Positions 39,567 to 51,121 are shown, counted from the stretch's first letter. The stretch is 64,000 bases of DNA from Sedimentisphaeraceae bacterium JB056 (GCA_044440125.1 JBITAJ010000022.1:96001-160000); one strand, 5' to 3'. Numbers and translations are program-made. Notes: generated from the letters alone by a model not told the origin.

Positions 39567-40439
39567 ATGGAAATTGCAGGTATAGACATAAGCAGCATAT
39601 TGACTGCTGAAAACATAGCAAAAATATTGCGGATTGTAATCATAGCCGGAATAGGGTTCCCGCTGTCGTTCTTTCTTTCTGTAATTGTCGGCAAAAGCAC
39701 TGCCAGAAGAGTAAGGCCTCAGGCAAACATGCTCATCAGAAAGACAATCTTCTACATAGGCGCGACACTTGTAACACTCTCACTGCTCAATCAGCTTGGA
39801 TTTAAGCTTACTGCCCTTCTTGGTGCTGCCGGTATAGTCGGTATCGCCGTGGGTTTTGCTTCACAAACGAGCGTATCGAACATCATAAGCGGATTGTTCC
39901 TGATATCTGAGCAGCCTTTTGAGGTCGGCGACATCATAAAAGCCGGTGAGACTACCGGCGTAGTATTATCAGTCGATCTTTTGAGTGTGAAACTGCGAAC
40001 ATTTGACAACCAGTTTGTCAGGATACCAAACGAACAGCTTATCAAAAATCAGGTCAATAATTACACTCACTTCCCGATAAGACGACTTGATATTAATGTT
40101 GGTGTAGCTTACAAAGAGAATGTCCCACGCGTTCAGGAAATACTTAAAGATGTCGCAGCAAAGAACATATATTGCCTGGATGAGCCCGAACCTCTCGTGA
40201 TATTCTCAAATTTCGGCAACTCTGCCCTTGAACTGCTTTTTGCAGTTTGGTGCGTTAAAACAGAATATCTCAAGCTCAAACAAAGCATAATGATAGATAT
40301 CAAAAACCGCTTTGACGAAGAAGATATTGAAATACCATTCCCGCATATCACCCTCTACACAGGCTCGGTAACAGATCCGTTCCCAATAAAGGATTGCACC
40401 CCAAAAGGTACCGGAGAACCTCTGGCAAATACGAAATAA
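39567..40439 (+). CDS. mscS: Small-conductance mechanosensitive channel
   Basis: GIVGIAVGFASQ, PFEVGD, IPN, IEIPFP. Confidence 0.9.
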   Translation: MEIAGIDISSILTAENIAKILRIVIIAGIGFPLSFFLSVIVGKSTARRVRPQANMLIRKTIFYIGATLVTLSLLNQLGFKLTALLGAAGIVGIAVGFASQTSVSNIISGLFLISEQPFEVGDIIKAGETTGVVLSVDLLSVKLRTFDNQFVRIPNEQLIKNQVNNYTHFPIRRLDINVGVAYKENVPRVQEILKDVAAKNIYCLDEPEPLVIFSNFGNSALELLFAVWCVKTEYLKLKQSIMIDIKNRFDEEDIEIPFPHITLYTGSVTDPFPIKDCTPKGTGEPLANTK

Positions 40440-40457
40440 GAAAAGAAGGAGAAAGTA

Positions 40458-40946
40458 ATGGAGAAAGAAAAAACATTTTATGATTTTACCGCTATTTCAA
40501 TAGACGGCAAAGACATCAGTATGGAGGAGTATAAAGGCAAAATCGTTCTTGTCGTTAATACCGCGAGCAAATGCGGCTTTACCAAACAATATGAAGGCCT
40601 TGAGGCTCTTCATGAAAAGTATGCCCAAAAAGGTCTTGCAATACTTGGATTCCCGTGTAATCAGTTTGGGCATCAGGAACCGGGGAATACTGAAGAAATA
40701 AAGGAATTTTGCAAGATAAACTACGGCGTGAAATTCGACATGTTTGAAAAGATAGATGTTAACGGCAAGAACGCACATCCATTATTCAAATATCTCAAAG
40801 ACAAATTGCCAGGCAGTCCAGGAAAAGCAATTAAGTGGAATTTCACAAAATTCGTAATAGACAAAAGCGGCAAACCAGTCAAAAGATTCGCTTCTGCCAC
40901 AACACCTGAAGATATGAAACCATTTCTGCTTGACCTGTTGAAGTAA
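40458..40946 (+). CDS. Glutathione peroxidase family (Cys-type)
   Basis: VNTASKCGFT, GFPCNQFG.QEPG, WNFTKF. Confidence 0.93.
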   Translation: MEKEKTFYDFTAISIDGKDISMEEYKGKIVLVVNTASKCGFTKQYEGLEALHEKYAQKGLAILGFPCNQFGHQEPGNTEEIKEFCKINYGVKFDMFEKIDVNGKNAHPLFKYLKDKLPGSPGKAIKWNFTKFVIDKSGKPVKRFASATTPEDMKPFLLDLLK

Positions 40947-40974
40947 CTGTTTTCGCTCAATCAATATACACAGC

Positions 40975-41013
40975 AAAAAAAGGCGGCCGTATGAAAAATT
41001 CATACGGCCGCCT
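40975..41013 (-). terminator. Intrinsic terminator after glnA (possibly bidirectional)
   Basis: AGGCGGCCGTATGAA / TTCATACGGCCGCCT 15-bp perfect stem; T-run on the minus strand. Confidence 0.8.
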
Positions 41014-41046
41014 AAGGGCTTGTTTTACTTTACTATATATTCGTTA

Positions 41047-43161
41047 TCAACGAACAAAAAGCATATCAGCGTATGTTGGCAGAGGCCAAGACTCAGCGTC
41101 TACGATAACCTCAAGGGCATCCGCTGGTGCTCTCAATGCTTCCATAGCCGGAATAACTTCATCACGATATGCAAATGCCTTCTCTTCAGGATCTTCGATA
41201 CCAGCAGCCTTAGCTGTAGCCTGCTCAAGAGCATCTATAGCATCAGAAAGTGTTGCTACAAGATCATTAACCTTGTTAAGCTCTTTAGCCTGTGCTTTAG
41301 GCTCAACACCGGCAGCCTTAACAGAACTTACTGCTTCGCCAAGTTTTCCTGAGTACAATGTGCAAGAAGGAAGGATCATGCGCTTTGCCATGTTAATCAT
41401 AGCAAGAGCTTCAATGTTAATTATAGAAGCGTACTGCTCAAGCAATATTTCCATACGTGCTGCAAGCTCACCTGCACTAAGAACGTTCTGGTTAGCAAGA
41501 ACATCGATATTTTTCTGATCTTTGAGGCACATAAGTGCATCAACTGTATTCTTGAGATTTGGAAGTCCTCTCTTCTCTGCTTCTGCATGCCACTCATCAC
41601 AGTAACCATCGCCATTGAAGATAACCTTCTCATGAGCAATAGCAAACTCTTTAAGCATATCCTGAACTGCGTCATTAAGCTTATCAGCAGAAACGCCTTC
41701 GAGCTTATCAGCGATTTCTTCAAGTGCTTCACCAATGATAGCATTGAGTACAAAGTTGGCACCAGAAAGAGACTGTGCCGAACCAGCCATACGGAACTCA
41801 AACTTATTACCTGTGAAGGCAAATGGTGAAGTTCTGTTACGGTCTGTGCAATCCTTAGGAAGTGCAGGAAGAGTGCTTACGCCAAGCTTCAACTCGCCTT
41901 TAGCAGAGCTGCTCTGCTTGCCGCCATTCTTGATCTGCTCAAAGATAGCTGTAAGCTGTTCGCCAAGGAATATAGAAATAATCGCAGGAGGAGCTTCGTT
42001 AGCACCAAGACGGTGGTCATTACCGGCACTGGCAACTGAAGTACGAAGAAGTTCCGCGTATTTATCAACAGCTCTGATAACCGCAAAGAGGAATACCATA
42101 AACTGCATATTTTCATGTGGTGTATCGCCTGGATTGAGAAGGTTGATACCATCATCAGTACTGATAGACCAGTTGTTGTGCTTACCTGAACCATTAACAC
42201 CAGCGAATGGTTTTTCGTGGAGCAGGCAGATAAAACCATGCTTAGAAGCAATCTTACGCATAGTTTCCATAGTGAGCTGGTTGTGATCAACCGCTACGTT
42301 AACTGATGCAAACACAGGAGCAAGCTCATACTGTGCAGGTGACACTTCATTATGCTGTGTTTTAGCTGAAACGCCAAGCTTCCAGAGCTCTCTGTTAAGG
42401 TCGGCCATGAATGAAGCAACGCGATCATGAAGGTGACCAAAATAGTGATCATCCATTTCCTGACCCTTAGGTGCAGAAGAACCGAATAGTGTACGACCCG
42501 CCAAAACGAGGTCAAGACGCTTGTCTACAAATCTTTCATCAACGAGGAAATATTCCTGCTCGGCACCAAGTGTCGCAACAACTCTTTTTGTTGTTGTGTT
42601 ACCCAAAGCCTTAAGAACTCTCAATGCCTGCTTTCCAACAGAATCCATTGAACGCAAGAGAGGAGTTTTCTTATCAAGAACTTCACCTGTGTACGAACAG
42701 AACGCACAAGGTATAAACATCGTAATATTGTCGCCGTCTTTCTTAACAAAAACAGGCGATGTACAATCCCATGCAGTATAGCCGCGAGCCTCAAATGTAG
42801 CACGAAGACCACCACTTGGGAAACTTGATGCATCAGGCTCACCTTGAATGAGTTCTTTTCCACTGAATTCCATTATTACGCGGCCATCAGCGGTTGGAGA
42901 AATGAAAGAATCATGCTTCTCTGCTGTTGCGCCTGTCATCGGCTGGAACCAGTGACAATAGTGAGTAGCACCTTTTTCAATAGCCCAGTCTTTCATTGCA
43001 CAGGCAATAGAATCGGCGATCGTTACATCAAGGGGCTCACCTTCCTCGATTGTTCTTTTGAATGCCTTATAGACACTTTTAGGCAAACGCTCGCGCATTA
43101 CGGCATCGTTAAAGACGTTTGCACCGAAAAACTCGGCTACGTTTCCTGTACATTCGCACAT
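41047..43161 (-). CDS. glnA: Glutamine synthetase type III
   Basis: [63 protein letters not shown]; 704 aa. Confidence 0.95.
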   Translation of the reverse strand: MCECTGNVAEFFGANVFNDAVMRERLPKSVYKAFKRTIEEGEPLDVTIADSIACAMKDWAIEKGATHYCHWFQPMTGATAEKHDSFISPTADGRVIMEFSGKELIQGEPDASSFPSGGLRATFEARGYTAWDCTSPVFVKKDGDNITMFIPCAFCSYTGEVLDKKTPLLRSMDSVGKQALRVLKALGNTTTKRVVATLGAEQEYFLVDERFVDKRLDLVLAGRTLFGSSAPKGQEMDDHYFGHLHDRVASFMADLNRELWKLGVSAKTQHNEVSPAQYELAPVFASVNVAVDHNQLTMETMRKIASKHGFICLLHEKPFAGVNGSGKHNNWSISTDDGINLLNPGDTPHENMQFMVFLFAVIRAVDKYAELLRTSVASAGNDHRLGANEAPPAIISIFLGEQLTAIFEQIKNGGKQSSSAKGELKLGVSTLPALPKDCTDRNRTSPFAFTGNKFEFRMAGSAQSLSGANFVLNAIIGEALEEIADKLEGVSADKLNDAVQDMLKEFAIAHEKVIFNGDGYCDEWHAEAEKRGLPNLKNTVDALMCLKDQKNIDVLANQNVLSAGELAARMEILLEQYASIINIEALAMINMAKRMILPSCTLYSGKLGEAVSSVKAAGVEPKAQAKELNKVNDLVATLSDAIDALEQATAKAAGIEDPEEKAFAYRDEVIPAMEALRAPADALEVIVDAESWPLPTYADMLFVR

Positions 43162-43240
43162 ATTTTTACTCCTATCAATCGTAAAAGAAATTTAACTCTA
43201 ATAAATAACAAATTTTGTTATTACTCTACAGCCTGTCTAA

Positions 43241-43257
43241 AGCAATCATCGTGCCAA
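43241..43257 (-). promoter_or_regulatory. Sigma-54 (-24/-12) promoter of glnA
   Basis: Minus strand TTGGCACGATGATTGCT = TGGCAC-N5-TTGC consensus, 80 bp upstream of the ATG. Confidence 0.85.
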
Positions 43258-43445
43258 AACAGGCAATCAAATCCGTAAATAATGAAAAGTGACCTGGAAT
43301 CTGAGAAATTCGCTGAAAATGGCTTCACAACAATGCTAAAGGCAGTGGTAAAACTTCAATATTCTGCTAACAATTATCAGACCCCTACTTCATAACAACA
43401 AATTTGTAACAACCCGAAAAAGAAATCTACAAAATTGTTATTATG

Positions 43446-43474
43446 TTGACAAGCACTAACAAAAAAGTTATTAT
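43446..43474 (+). promoter_or_regulatory. Putative sigma-70 promoter of the NifA-like gene
   Basis: TTGACA-N17-TATTAT. Confidence 0.65.
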
Positions 43475-43556
43475 ATCATCGTGGATTCAATTTACAATTG
43501 TTTTTTCTCATTATGAGGAAAATTAGACATAGTGTGGTCGTATAGAAAGGAAAATT

Positions 43557-45089
43557 GTGGCAAAACAATTACCTGATGAGCTTAATCTGCTTAGTGAGAT
43601 AGCTAATGCGTTATCTGAATCTCTTGATCTTAAAAGAACGCTTGAACATATACTCTCGGTACTTGATACTCATATGAACCTCCAGATGGGCACAATAACC
43701 CTGCTTGATGAGGATTCTGAAACAATAAAAATAATGCTTGCTCACGGCATCTCTGAAGAAGCCCAGAGGATGGGAGAGTACAAAGTTGGGGAGGGAATTA
43801 CGGGTACTGTTTTCAAGACAGGAGATGCTGTAATTGTTCCCGATATTGATAAAGACAAACGCTTCCTCGGTAAAACCGGGCAAAGAAAACCTCGTGTTGG
43901 TCATAAAGTTGCATTTCTATGCGTCCCAATCAAGATTGAAGGCAAGACAGTCGGAACTCTCAGCGTTAGCCGTGACACCTTGATAGGTGAAGATATGCTA
44001 GCCAAGAACGTAAGACTTATAAACGTTATCGCGGTTCTCGTCGGTCAAGCTGTAAAAATCAACAAAATGTTCCTCACGCAAAAAGCTGACTGGCAGGAAG
44101 AGACGAGAAAGCTGCGTCAACAGTTGAAAACCAAATTCAACATTGAAAACATGATAGGTACAAGTAACGCGATGAAAGACGTGTTCAGGCTTATCGAGCA
44201 AGTAGCACAAAGCAACGCAACAGTAATGATACGCGGTGAAAGCGGTACAGGAAAAGACCTTATCGCACATGCCATACATTATAAGAGTCTTCGTGCGGAA
44301 AAACCTTTTGTAAAAATCAACTGCACCGCCCTTCCCGAGTCACTGCTTGAAAGCGAACTTTTCGGCCATGAAAAAGGAGCTTTTACAGGAGCTGTCGACA
44401 GAAAGATCGGAAGATTTGAGCGTGCCAATGGCGGCACAATATTCCTTGATGAGATTGGTGACTTTTCCCTTAATCTTCAGGTAAAGCTACTCAGAGTTAT
44501 TCAGTTTAAGGAATTCGAAAGAGTTGGCGGGCATGAAACCATAAAGACAAACGTGAGAATAGTTGTAGCAACTAACCGTAATCTTGAAGAAGATATTAAA
44601 AACGGTGTTTTCCGTGAAGATCTTTATTACAGAATCAATGTATTCCCTATCTATCTGCCGCCGCTTCGAGCACGTAAGAACGACATCATGCTTCTGGCAG
44701 ATCACTTCCTTGAAAAATACTCCACGGAAAACAATAAAGAGATACATCGTATCTCAACACCGGCAATCGAAATGCTAACAAGCTATCACTGGCCCGGCAA
44801 CATACGTGAACTTGAAAATTGCATAGAACGTGCCGTACTTCTCTGCAATGATCAGGTAATAAGAAGTGAACACCTTCCTCCATCACTCCAGATAGAACAT
44901 GGCTACCCTACAGCAAATGGGCGTACGATGCCTGAGACAGTTGAAAACCTTGAGCGTGAGATGATAGTTGAGTCGCTCAAAAAGAATAACGGACACAGAA
45001 GAAAAGTAGCCGAGGAGCTGGGTATCACAGAAAGAATGCTTGGCTACAAGATCAAGAAATACAGTATATATCCCAAACAGTTAGTATAA
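43557..45089 (+). CDS. NifA-like sigma-54 enhancer-binding protein (GAF-AAA+-HTH)
   Basis: GAF (Y.VGEGITG.V), [38 protein letters not shown]-terminal HTH. Confidence 0.92.
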   Translation: MAKQLPDELNLLSEIANALSESLDLKRTLEHILSVLDTHMNLQMGTITLLDEDSETIKIMLAHGISEEAQRMGEYKVGEGITGTVFKTGDAVIVPDIDKDKRFLGKTGQRKPRVGHKVAFLCVPIKIEGKTVGTLSVSRDTLIGEDMLAKNVRLINVIAVLVGQAVKINKMFLTQKADWQEETRKLRQQLKTKFNIENMIGTSNAMKDVFRLIEQVAQSNATVMIRGESGTGKDLIAHAIHYKSLRAEKPFVKINCTALPESLLESELFGHEKGAFTGAVDRKIGRFERANGGTIFLDEIGDFSLNLQVKLLRVIQFKEFERVGGHETIKTNVRIVVATNRNLEEDIKNGVFREDLYYRINVFPIYLPPLRARKNDIMLLADHFLEKYSTENNKEIHRISTPAIEMLTSYHWPGNIRELENCIERAVLLCNDQVIRSEHLPPSLQIEHGYPTANGRTMPETVENLEREMIVESLKKNNGHRRKVAEELGITERMLGYKIKKYSIYPKQLV

Positions 45090-45129
45090 TATTTATAAGC
45101 CTTATCAATAATGCTCAATAGAAAACTGA

Positions 45130-47205
45130 ATGTATAACAGCAGACTCAAATTCATAATAGCAATCTTCGTTATTGCTCTTTCTGTAGCAGTGATAAGGCT
45201 CATTGAGCTTCAAGTATTCAACAAGACTGAAACCCTGCAAAAAATTGAAAATACAGGAGTAAAGCCACCTGAGATACTTCCGACTCTTCGTGGAAGCATT
45301 TCAGACAGAAACGGAAATATACTGGCGATCGATACCCCAGAATTTTACTTAGCGATCCAATACGATCTGGCAAGGTTAAGAGATGAAAGATTCTGGGAAG
45401 CAAACGCTATCATCCGGTCCAATACCAAAGAGAATATAACTATCGATCAGGGACGTAAGTATTGGGAAAACTTCTTCTCCAAAGACATTGAGCGTCTGGA
45501 TATGATAGTCTCAAAAGCATATGATTTCTCTAATGAAAAACCCGGAAAGATAGAAAAAGAGATATCCGAGATCAATGATCGGATGTGGAGAATGCGACGA
45601 TATTTCGCATGGAAAAGAAACTTCCCTCACTCCGAAGACATAAAAGTTTTCGACTCTCAGGATGCAACTAAGAAGCTTGAACTCGAAGGCTATGTCAATG
45701 ATCTTGCTGAGATGCAATCAGACTGGTATATGCTTGCCAGGCTTAAAGATGACACTCTTTACGAGGCACAGGTATTCTTTCGCGATATTAAAGGTGTAAG
45801 AATAATACCGAAATCGGCACGTAAATACCCCTATAACGACTGCGCGGCACAAACAATAGGCTGGGTCAATCCTCAAAAACGCGATAACGAAGTATTCGCT
45901 TCTGATGAACTCCTGAAATACCACAAGGATGAACTTGCCGGCTACAAAGGCGTTGAGTATGTTTGTGAACCAATACTGCGAGGCAAAAGAGGCAAGCTGG
46001 TTTATGAATCAAGGAACGAAGGACCACAAGTAGACCCACGAGAGTTTGGCAAAGATGTGAGACTTACTATCGATATAGAGTTTCAGAAAACCCTTGAAAA
46101 TATGCTTCTTGATCCAATGATTAACCCTAATGCAGGTTCAAATACATCGTTAGTAGTTATAGATGTTTCAAGCGGTGATATTCTTGCAATGGTATCACTT
46201 CCAACATTTGACCTCAATTCCGCAAGAACTGAATTTGGCAATCTGCTCAAAGATAATAAGAAAAAGCCACTTGTAAACAAGGCTCTTCAGGCAATATACC
46301 CACCGGGTTCTACAATAAAACCTGTTATACTCGCTGCAGGACTTGAGGAATCAGTAGTAACACCTCAAACAACGATAAGCTGCTCACTGCCTGCAGAAGA
46401 AGGATGGCCCAGATGCTGGCTTCAAAGAAAATATGGATGCCACGATGACCAGTTTATATCCGAAGGCGGCACCAACGGCGTAAATGCCATACGGGGAAGC
46501 TGCAACATATATTTCACAAAACTTGCTCATCGAATTGACGGCAGACGTTTGCAATACTGGCTATATCAATTCGGATACGGACATAAAATACTCCAGCAAC
46601 CTGACTTCTCACTTGCTGTAGGGAATTTAGATACAGAACAATTCGATGAGCGCAATATAAGAGAGCAAGCCGGCTTCATATCCAATAAATTGACATCTGC
46701 AAAAGAATTTGACGATGTTCCACTTATTTCCGATGGGGAAAAACGGTGGTTTGGAATGGGCCAAGGAAACCTGCGAGTCACAGTTCTTCAGGTAGCCAAC
46801 GCTTTTGCAACCATTGCCCGTAATGGCGTATTTATCGAACCGCGACTTTATTTGAACTGCGGAGAAGAATCTCAACCGCAAGATATCGGCCTCTCGACCC
46901 AAACAATAAAAACCGTTAAAGACGGCCTTTGGGCTGTAGCCAACAAATACCATGGCTCAGCTTACGAAACATTCAGAAACAGTCAGCTCAAGAAACAGGA
47001 TATAACTATTTACGGCAAGACAGGCTCCACAGAACGCCCTGATAATGCGTGGTTTGCCGGATTCGCAGAAGATAAATACGGCAACAATATAGCACTTGCT
47101 ATCATCGTTGAAAAGGGACAAAGCGGAAGCCAAGATGCTTCACCTCTTGGAAAAGAGGTCTTCAATACCTGCCAAATGTTCGGTTATCTCAGGGGCGTAG
47201 AATAA
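45130..47205 (+). CDS. Class B penicillin-binding protein (PBP2/MrdA-like transpeptidase)
   Basis: N-terminal TM, RG.I.DRNG, PGSTIK (SxxK), SCN (SxN), KTGS. Confidence 0.88.
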   Translation: MYNSRLKFIIAIFVIALSVAVIRLIELQVFNKTETLQKIENTGVKPPEILPTLRGSISDRNGNILAIDTPEFYLAIQYDLARLRDERFWEANAIIRSNTKENITIDQGRKYWENFFSKDIERLDMIVSKAYDFSNEKPGKIEKEISEINDRMWRMRRYFAWKRNFPHSEDIKVFDSQDATKKLELEGYVNDLAEMQSDWYMLARLKDDTLYEAQVFFRDIKGVRIIPKSARKYPYNDCAAQTIGWVNPQKRDNEVFASDELLKYHKDELAGYKGVEYVCEPILRGKRGKLVYESRNEGPQVDPREFGKDVRLTIDIEFQKTLENMLLDPMINPNAGSNTSLVVIDVSSGDILAMVSLPTFDLNSARTEFGNLLKDNKKKPLVNKALQAIYPPGSTIKPVILAAGLEESVVTPQTTISCSLPAEEGWPRCWLQRKYGCHDDQFISEGGTNGVNAIRGSCNIYFTKLAHRIDGRRLQYWLYQFGYGHKILQQPDFSLAVGNLDTEQFDERNIREQAGFISNKLTSAKEFDDVPLISDGEKRWFGMGQGNLRVTVLQVANAFATIARNGVFIEPRLYLNCGEESQPQDIGLSTQTIKTVKDGLWAVANKYHGSAYETFRNSQLKKQDITIYGKTGSTERPDNAWFAGFAEDKYGNNIALAIIVEKGQSGSQDASPLGKEVFNTCQMFGYLRGVE

Positions 47206-47347
47206 ATTCAACACTCTTTGAGCCTATATTACCACTTCGACTTGTAAATAATCCACAAAAAAACATTGAATTACAACAAAAACAAAAGTATCATTGAATA
47301 CTTTAATAGTTGACAAACAATTTGGTGCGAGTAAAAAAGGATAGATA

Positions 47348-48532
47348 ATGGTTGAAGTTAAAAAGGTTAAACGATATTTCCGCTGGTTTCTTTTCTCATA
47401 TATCCTTTTCGGCATATCATATATAGCCGTTGAAATCCTGCAAAAATATCTGCTTTCCAACGACATACTAAAAATAACCGATGCTATTGACAGTATAATC
47501 TATTCTTCAATGTCAACTCAGGCATCAAAAATATTGGTAGTCATTTATGGCTTGATGTTAGTTGTTGCCTTTATAAGTTTTTTAGGATTATTTTTATTCT
47601 GGAGTAAGGCAAGATATCTTTTTGTCTTTATCGTTGTTGCAGGCTTGGTACTACCATTGCTGCATTTTCCATTATGGGATTTTCAAACCGTTTATGCATC
47701 AAGTATGAATGAAATAGATTCCATGCTTGGTGGAGTGCTAATTTTCCTTATATTCTGGGGACCTCCCAGCCAACTTTTCAACAAAAAGAAGTTTCAATAC
47801 AGCGAAATTGACATATATCAGGACCAGCAGCCGCAAATTATATCAAATTCACAAAACCACAAGCTTAAAACAACCCTTACAATTGCAATTTCCATAGCAA
47901 TAATCGCATTTTTAAGCTTTTATTACAAACCTATACTGAGTTTATCGGATAATGTACAAAATGCCGTCTCAAAACTTCCAGGACAAACCAAAGAAGAACA
48001 ACAGCCTGAGCTGACAAATGATATCAGAGCTTTATTAGATAAAAAATACCCATCAAGAACCATTCAGACACAATGGTTTAATCTTCAGACACCCCAAAGC
48101 TGGTTTGTTGATGATAATATAGGATGGGATACGAATGGATATGTAAAAATTGCGTATTTTATGGGTTGGCATGATTATAATGAAGAAGATTTTACATTTA
48201 AACCCTTCATATATATAAATCGATCAAACTTTGACATGCGAAAAGAAGAGAATCAGCACAGTCAAATCTTTAATTTCCTGAAACATTCAGTTAGAAGCGT
48301 TACACAATTCAAAACCATAGCAGGAAAAGAATGCACTGTAATGCGATACAGCGGCTCCAAAAGCTTCAACCCCGACTCTGAAGATAAAATAGCAGATAAT
48401 TCAGATAAAGAAGACTCAGTCACTATATTTTTCCAATTTAGCGACTTGTCTATGTTTGGCTATTTCTGGGGTTTTGAGGCTGATGAAGACGCCTTCTGGA
48501 AGAGTATGGAGTCGATTCAATGGCAAAAATAG
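47348..48532 (+). CDS. Hypothetical membrane protein (multi-TM N-terminus plus soluble C-terminal domain)
   Basis: 394-aa ORF, AT-rich, about 5 hydrophobic segments. Confidence 0.7.
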   Translation: MVEVKKVKRYFRWFLFSYILFGISYIAVEILQKYLLSNDILKITDAIDSIIYSSMSTQASKILVVIYGLMLVVAFISFLGLFLFWSKARYLFVFIVVAGLVLPLLHFPLWDFQTVYASSMNEIDSMLGGVLIFLIFWGPPSQLFNKKKFQYSEIDIYQDQQPQIISNSQNHKLKTTLTIAISIAIIAFLSFYYKPILSLSDNVQNAVSKLPGQTKEEQQPELTNDIRALLDKKYPSRTIQTQWFNLQTPQSWFVDDNIGWDTNGYVKIAYFMGWHDYNEEDFTFKPFIYINRSNFDMRKEENQHSQIFNFLKHSVRSVTQFKTIAGKECTVMRYSGSKSFNPDSEDKIADNSDKEDSVTIFFQFSDLSMFGYFWGFEADEDAFWKSMESIQWQK

Positions 48533-48730
48533 CAATTTACTAATAGCCCGAACGTACTTTCTCATAGAAAAACATATAAGGATTTTGACCTGTACCGAAC
48601 ATCAAAAACAAAATTTCGTATTTAAGATTTGAATTCCCAGAAAAAAGCTGATATACGGATATCAGTATTTACAACTTTCGTTCTTTAAATAATTATTACT
48701 AACATTGTTAATTGACGAGGATTTAAGAGA

Positions 48731-50116
48731 ATGAGCAGAAAAATTACACAAGTTATCACAATTATGATGGTTATGGCTTTTTCAACCATATCTTTGGGTG
48801 CACCGGAATCATTCAAAGATATCGTTAAAAAAGTAAATCCGGCTGTCGTTTACATCGAGATTTCTAAAGAGGTACAAGGCAGATACAACATGTGGGGGCA
48901 GCAATCACCACAGGATGTCACAGGCAGCGGCAGCGGGGCTATTATTGACGCGAAGAACGGTTACATATTAACCGCCGCACATGTTATTGATGGCGTTGAC
49001 AAGGCTACTGTAAGCCTCCTTGACGGCAGAGAATTCGAGGCAACTGAGCTGCTTTATGACTCTCAGACAGATGTCGGACTCGTAAAAATAGATATCCCCG
49101 AAGGTGAAACCCTTCCAGAGATAAAGCTTGGCAGCTCCGAGGAGCTTGAGGTTGGCGACTGGGTATTGGCAATGGGCTCTCCACTGGGAAAAGCCCTTGT
49201 AAACTCAGTATCAGCTGGCATTGTAAGCGGCAAAGGTCGTAAGAGCGGCATACTTGGTCAACTTGGTATTGAAGATTTCATCCAGACAGATGCCGTAATC
49301 AACAAAGGCAACAGCGGCGGACCACTTGTGAACATGAAAGGTGAAATAATAGGTATCAATTCCAACATTATTTCTGCTACAGGACTCAGTACTGGTCTCG
49401 GATTTGCGGTACCAAGCGATATGGCCAAAGATGTAGTAGAAAAGCTTGTCAAAGACGGCGCTGTTGTCAGGGGATATCTGGGAGTCTCTGTCACATCATT
49501 CGATGCACTGAAAGAAGATGTTCTGGAAGATATACCTGACGATGTCAAGGATGCCGGAGGCGCCTATATCGTGCAGGTTGTGGAAGATGGCCCTGGTGAT
49601 GAGGGCGGACTCGAAGATGGCGATGTAATCACCAAAGTAGATGATGTACAAATCACGAACAGTGCAGAACTGATTAAGTATATCAGCTCAAAAATGCCAG
49701 ATGAAACGGTCGTGTGCTATGTAAACCGTGACGGCAAAGATAAAAAAGTCAAAGTCAAGCTGGGCATCAGGCCGGGAACAGGTGGAAGCGGCGAGAATGC
49801 TATAGTTACAAGTCGTGACAAGAAGACAGAGGCTTACAAGAAGCTTGGCATCGTTACAGATGATTATACGGAACAAAGTGAAATGCCTGGCATGGCACCG
49901 CTTGAAGCCGTTAAAATTCGAAGCGTTGCAAAGAATTCAATAGCCGAAGAATTTGGTCTTCAGGACGGTGATATTATCGTGGAAGTTGACGGCGAGAGAG
50001 TCAAAAACAGCTCTGAATTCAATGAGGCTATTGACGATGCGGATCTTGATGACGGCATTCTTCTGAATGTTAAGAGCAAGGGAAGTTTTAAAAAGGTATT
50101 TATAAAAGAGTTTTAA
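48731..50116 (+). CDS. DegP/HtrA-family serine protease with two PDZ domains
   Basis: Signal peptide, GSG, TAAHV, IQTDAVINKGNSGGPL, two PDZ (GD.I..VD). Confidence 0.93.
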   Translation: MSRKITQVITIMMVMAFSTISLGAPESFKDIVKKVNPAVVYIEISKEVQGRYNMWGQQSPQDVTGSGSGAIIDAKNGYILTAAHVIDGVDKATVSLLDGREFEATELLYDSQTDVGLVKIDIPEGETLPEIKLGSSEELEVGDWVLAMGSPLGKALVNSVSAGIVSGKGRKSGILGQLGIEDFIQTDAVINKGNSGGPLVNMKGEIIGINSNIISATGLSTGLGFAVPSDMAKDVVEKLVKDGAVVRGYLGVSVTSFDALKEDVLEDIPDDVKDAGGAYIVQVVEDGPGDEGGLEDGDVITKVDDVQITNSAELIKYISSKMPDETVVCYVNRDGKDKKVKVKLGIRPGTGGSGENAIVTSRDKKTEAYKKLGIVTDDYTEQSEMPGMAPLEAVKIRSVAKNSIAEEFGLQDGDIIVEVDGERVKNSSEFNEAIDDADLDDGILLNVKSKGSFKKVFIKEF

Positions 50117-50144
50117 CAATAAAACGAAGTGAATTATTAAAACC

Positions 50145-50183
50145 AAACCGGCGCCAGCTCAACACTGGTGCCGGTTTTTTTTT
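50145..50183 (+). terminator. Intrinsic terminator after htrA
   Basis: AAACCGGCGCCAG / CTGGTGCCGGTTT followed by a T-run. Confidence 0.8.
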
Positions 50184-50306
50184 GCATTTAATACTCAAGA
50201 ATTTTTCAAAAAAGCCTTGATTAAGCACATTGACAGACTATTATAGAATACAGAAAAACATTTACAAAGATATCAAATAGACTGGCAAATAATAGGAGAA
50301 AGGGAT

Positions 50307-51119
50307 ATGTTCAAGAGAATACAGCTATTGGCGTTTTGTGCGATTTTTACCATATCATCATACGCTGAAATTTCAGTCGGCGACCCTGCGAGAGAGTTGC
50401 GAGTCCGTAAATGGCTAACAAGAGAACATCCTGATCTTGAAGTTCTTGCCGGAAAAGTACATTTGATACAATTCTGGGCAACTTGGTGTCCGTATTGCGT
50501 AGACTGCATCCCCAAAATGAATGAAATCTCCAACAAATATTCAAGTGAAGGTTTAGTTGTCGTAGGAATCTCTGTTGACAAAAAACAATACGCCGTTACC
50601 GAGTTGATGAAGAAAAAAGACTTTGATTATGCTGTTGCAATTGATGGGGGCAGCAAGTCGATTTATGAAGTGAAAGCATTCCCGTTTGCTGTACTGATCG
50701 ATGCCTATGGCAAAATCAAATGGTCAGGACACACAGGAAACGACTCGCTTACCAATGCTATAGAAAAAGAATTGCTTGAGGCACCAACTCCTGTATTCAA
50801 AGATATCGATCTAAGCGATTTCGAGGAAATAGATATCCCACTAAAGAAAGGGACATCATTTGCAAAGATATATAAAATACTTAAGTATAACAGTGAAAAG
50901 TCTGATGGAGAAAGCAAAACCAAAGCCACCGAAATCATAAACACTCTGGACAAGAGAGTAGAAGAACAGTTTAATTTCGCAAGCAAGATACAGGAGAATG
51001 ACAAAGAGACAGCAATAAAGCTGTTCATGAATATCGCAAAGAATTACAGAGGGCCGGACATTTCAAGAGATGCAATCGAAAAAATCAAAGATATCAAACA
51101 GCAACTTGCCGAAAAATAG
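50307..51119 (+). CDS. Exported TlpA-like thiol-disulfide oxidoreductase with helical C-terminal extension
   Basis: FWATWCPYC, AFP cis-Pro loop, signal peptide. Confidence 0.85.
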   Translation: MFKRIQLLAFCAIFTISSYAEISVGDPARELRVRKWLTREHPDLEVLAGKVHLIQFWATWCPYCVDCIPKMNEISNKYSSEGLVVVGISVDKKQYAVTELMKKKDFDYAVAIDGGSKSIYEVKAFPFAVLIDAYGKIKWSGHTGNDSLTNAIEKELLEAPTPVFKDIDLSDFEEIDIPLKKGTSFAKIYKILKYNSEKSDGESKTKATEIINTLDKRVEEQFNFASKIQENDKETAIKLFMNIAKNYRGPDISRDAIEKIKDIKQQLAEK

Positions 51120-51121
51120 CT

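Noticed and set aside
40458..40946. Selenocysteine in glutathione peroxidase
   Set aside because: The active-site codon is TGC (Cys); no in-frame TGA
43557..45089. Nitrogen fixation cluster (true nifA)
   Set aside because: No nif genes in the window and no clear TGT-N10-ACA site noticed; called NifA-like only
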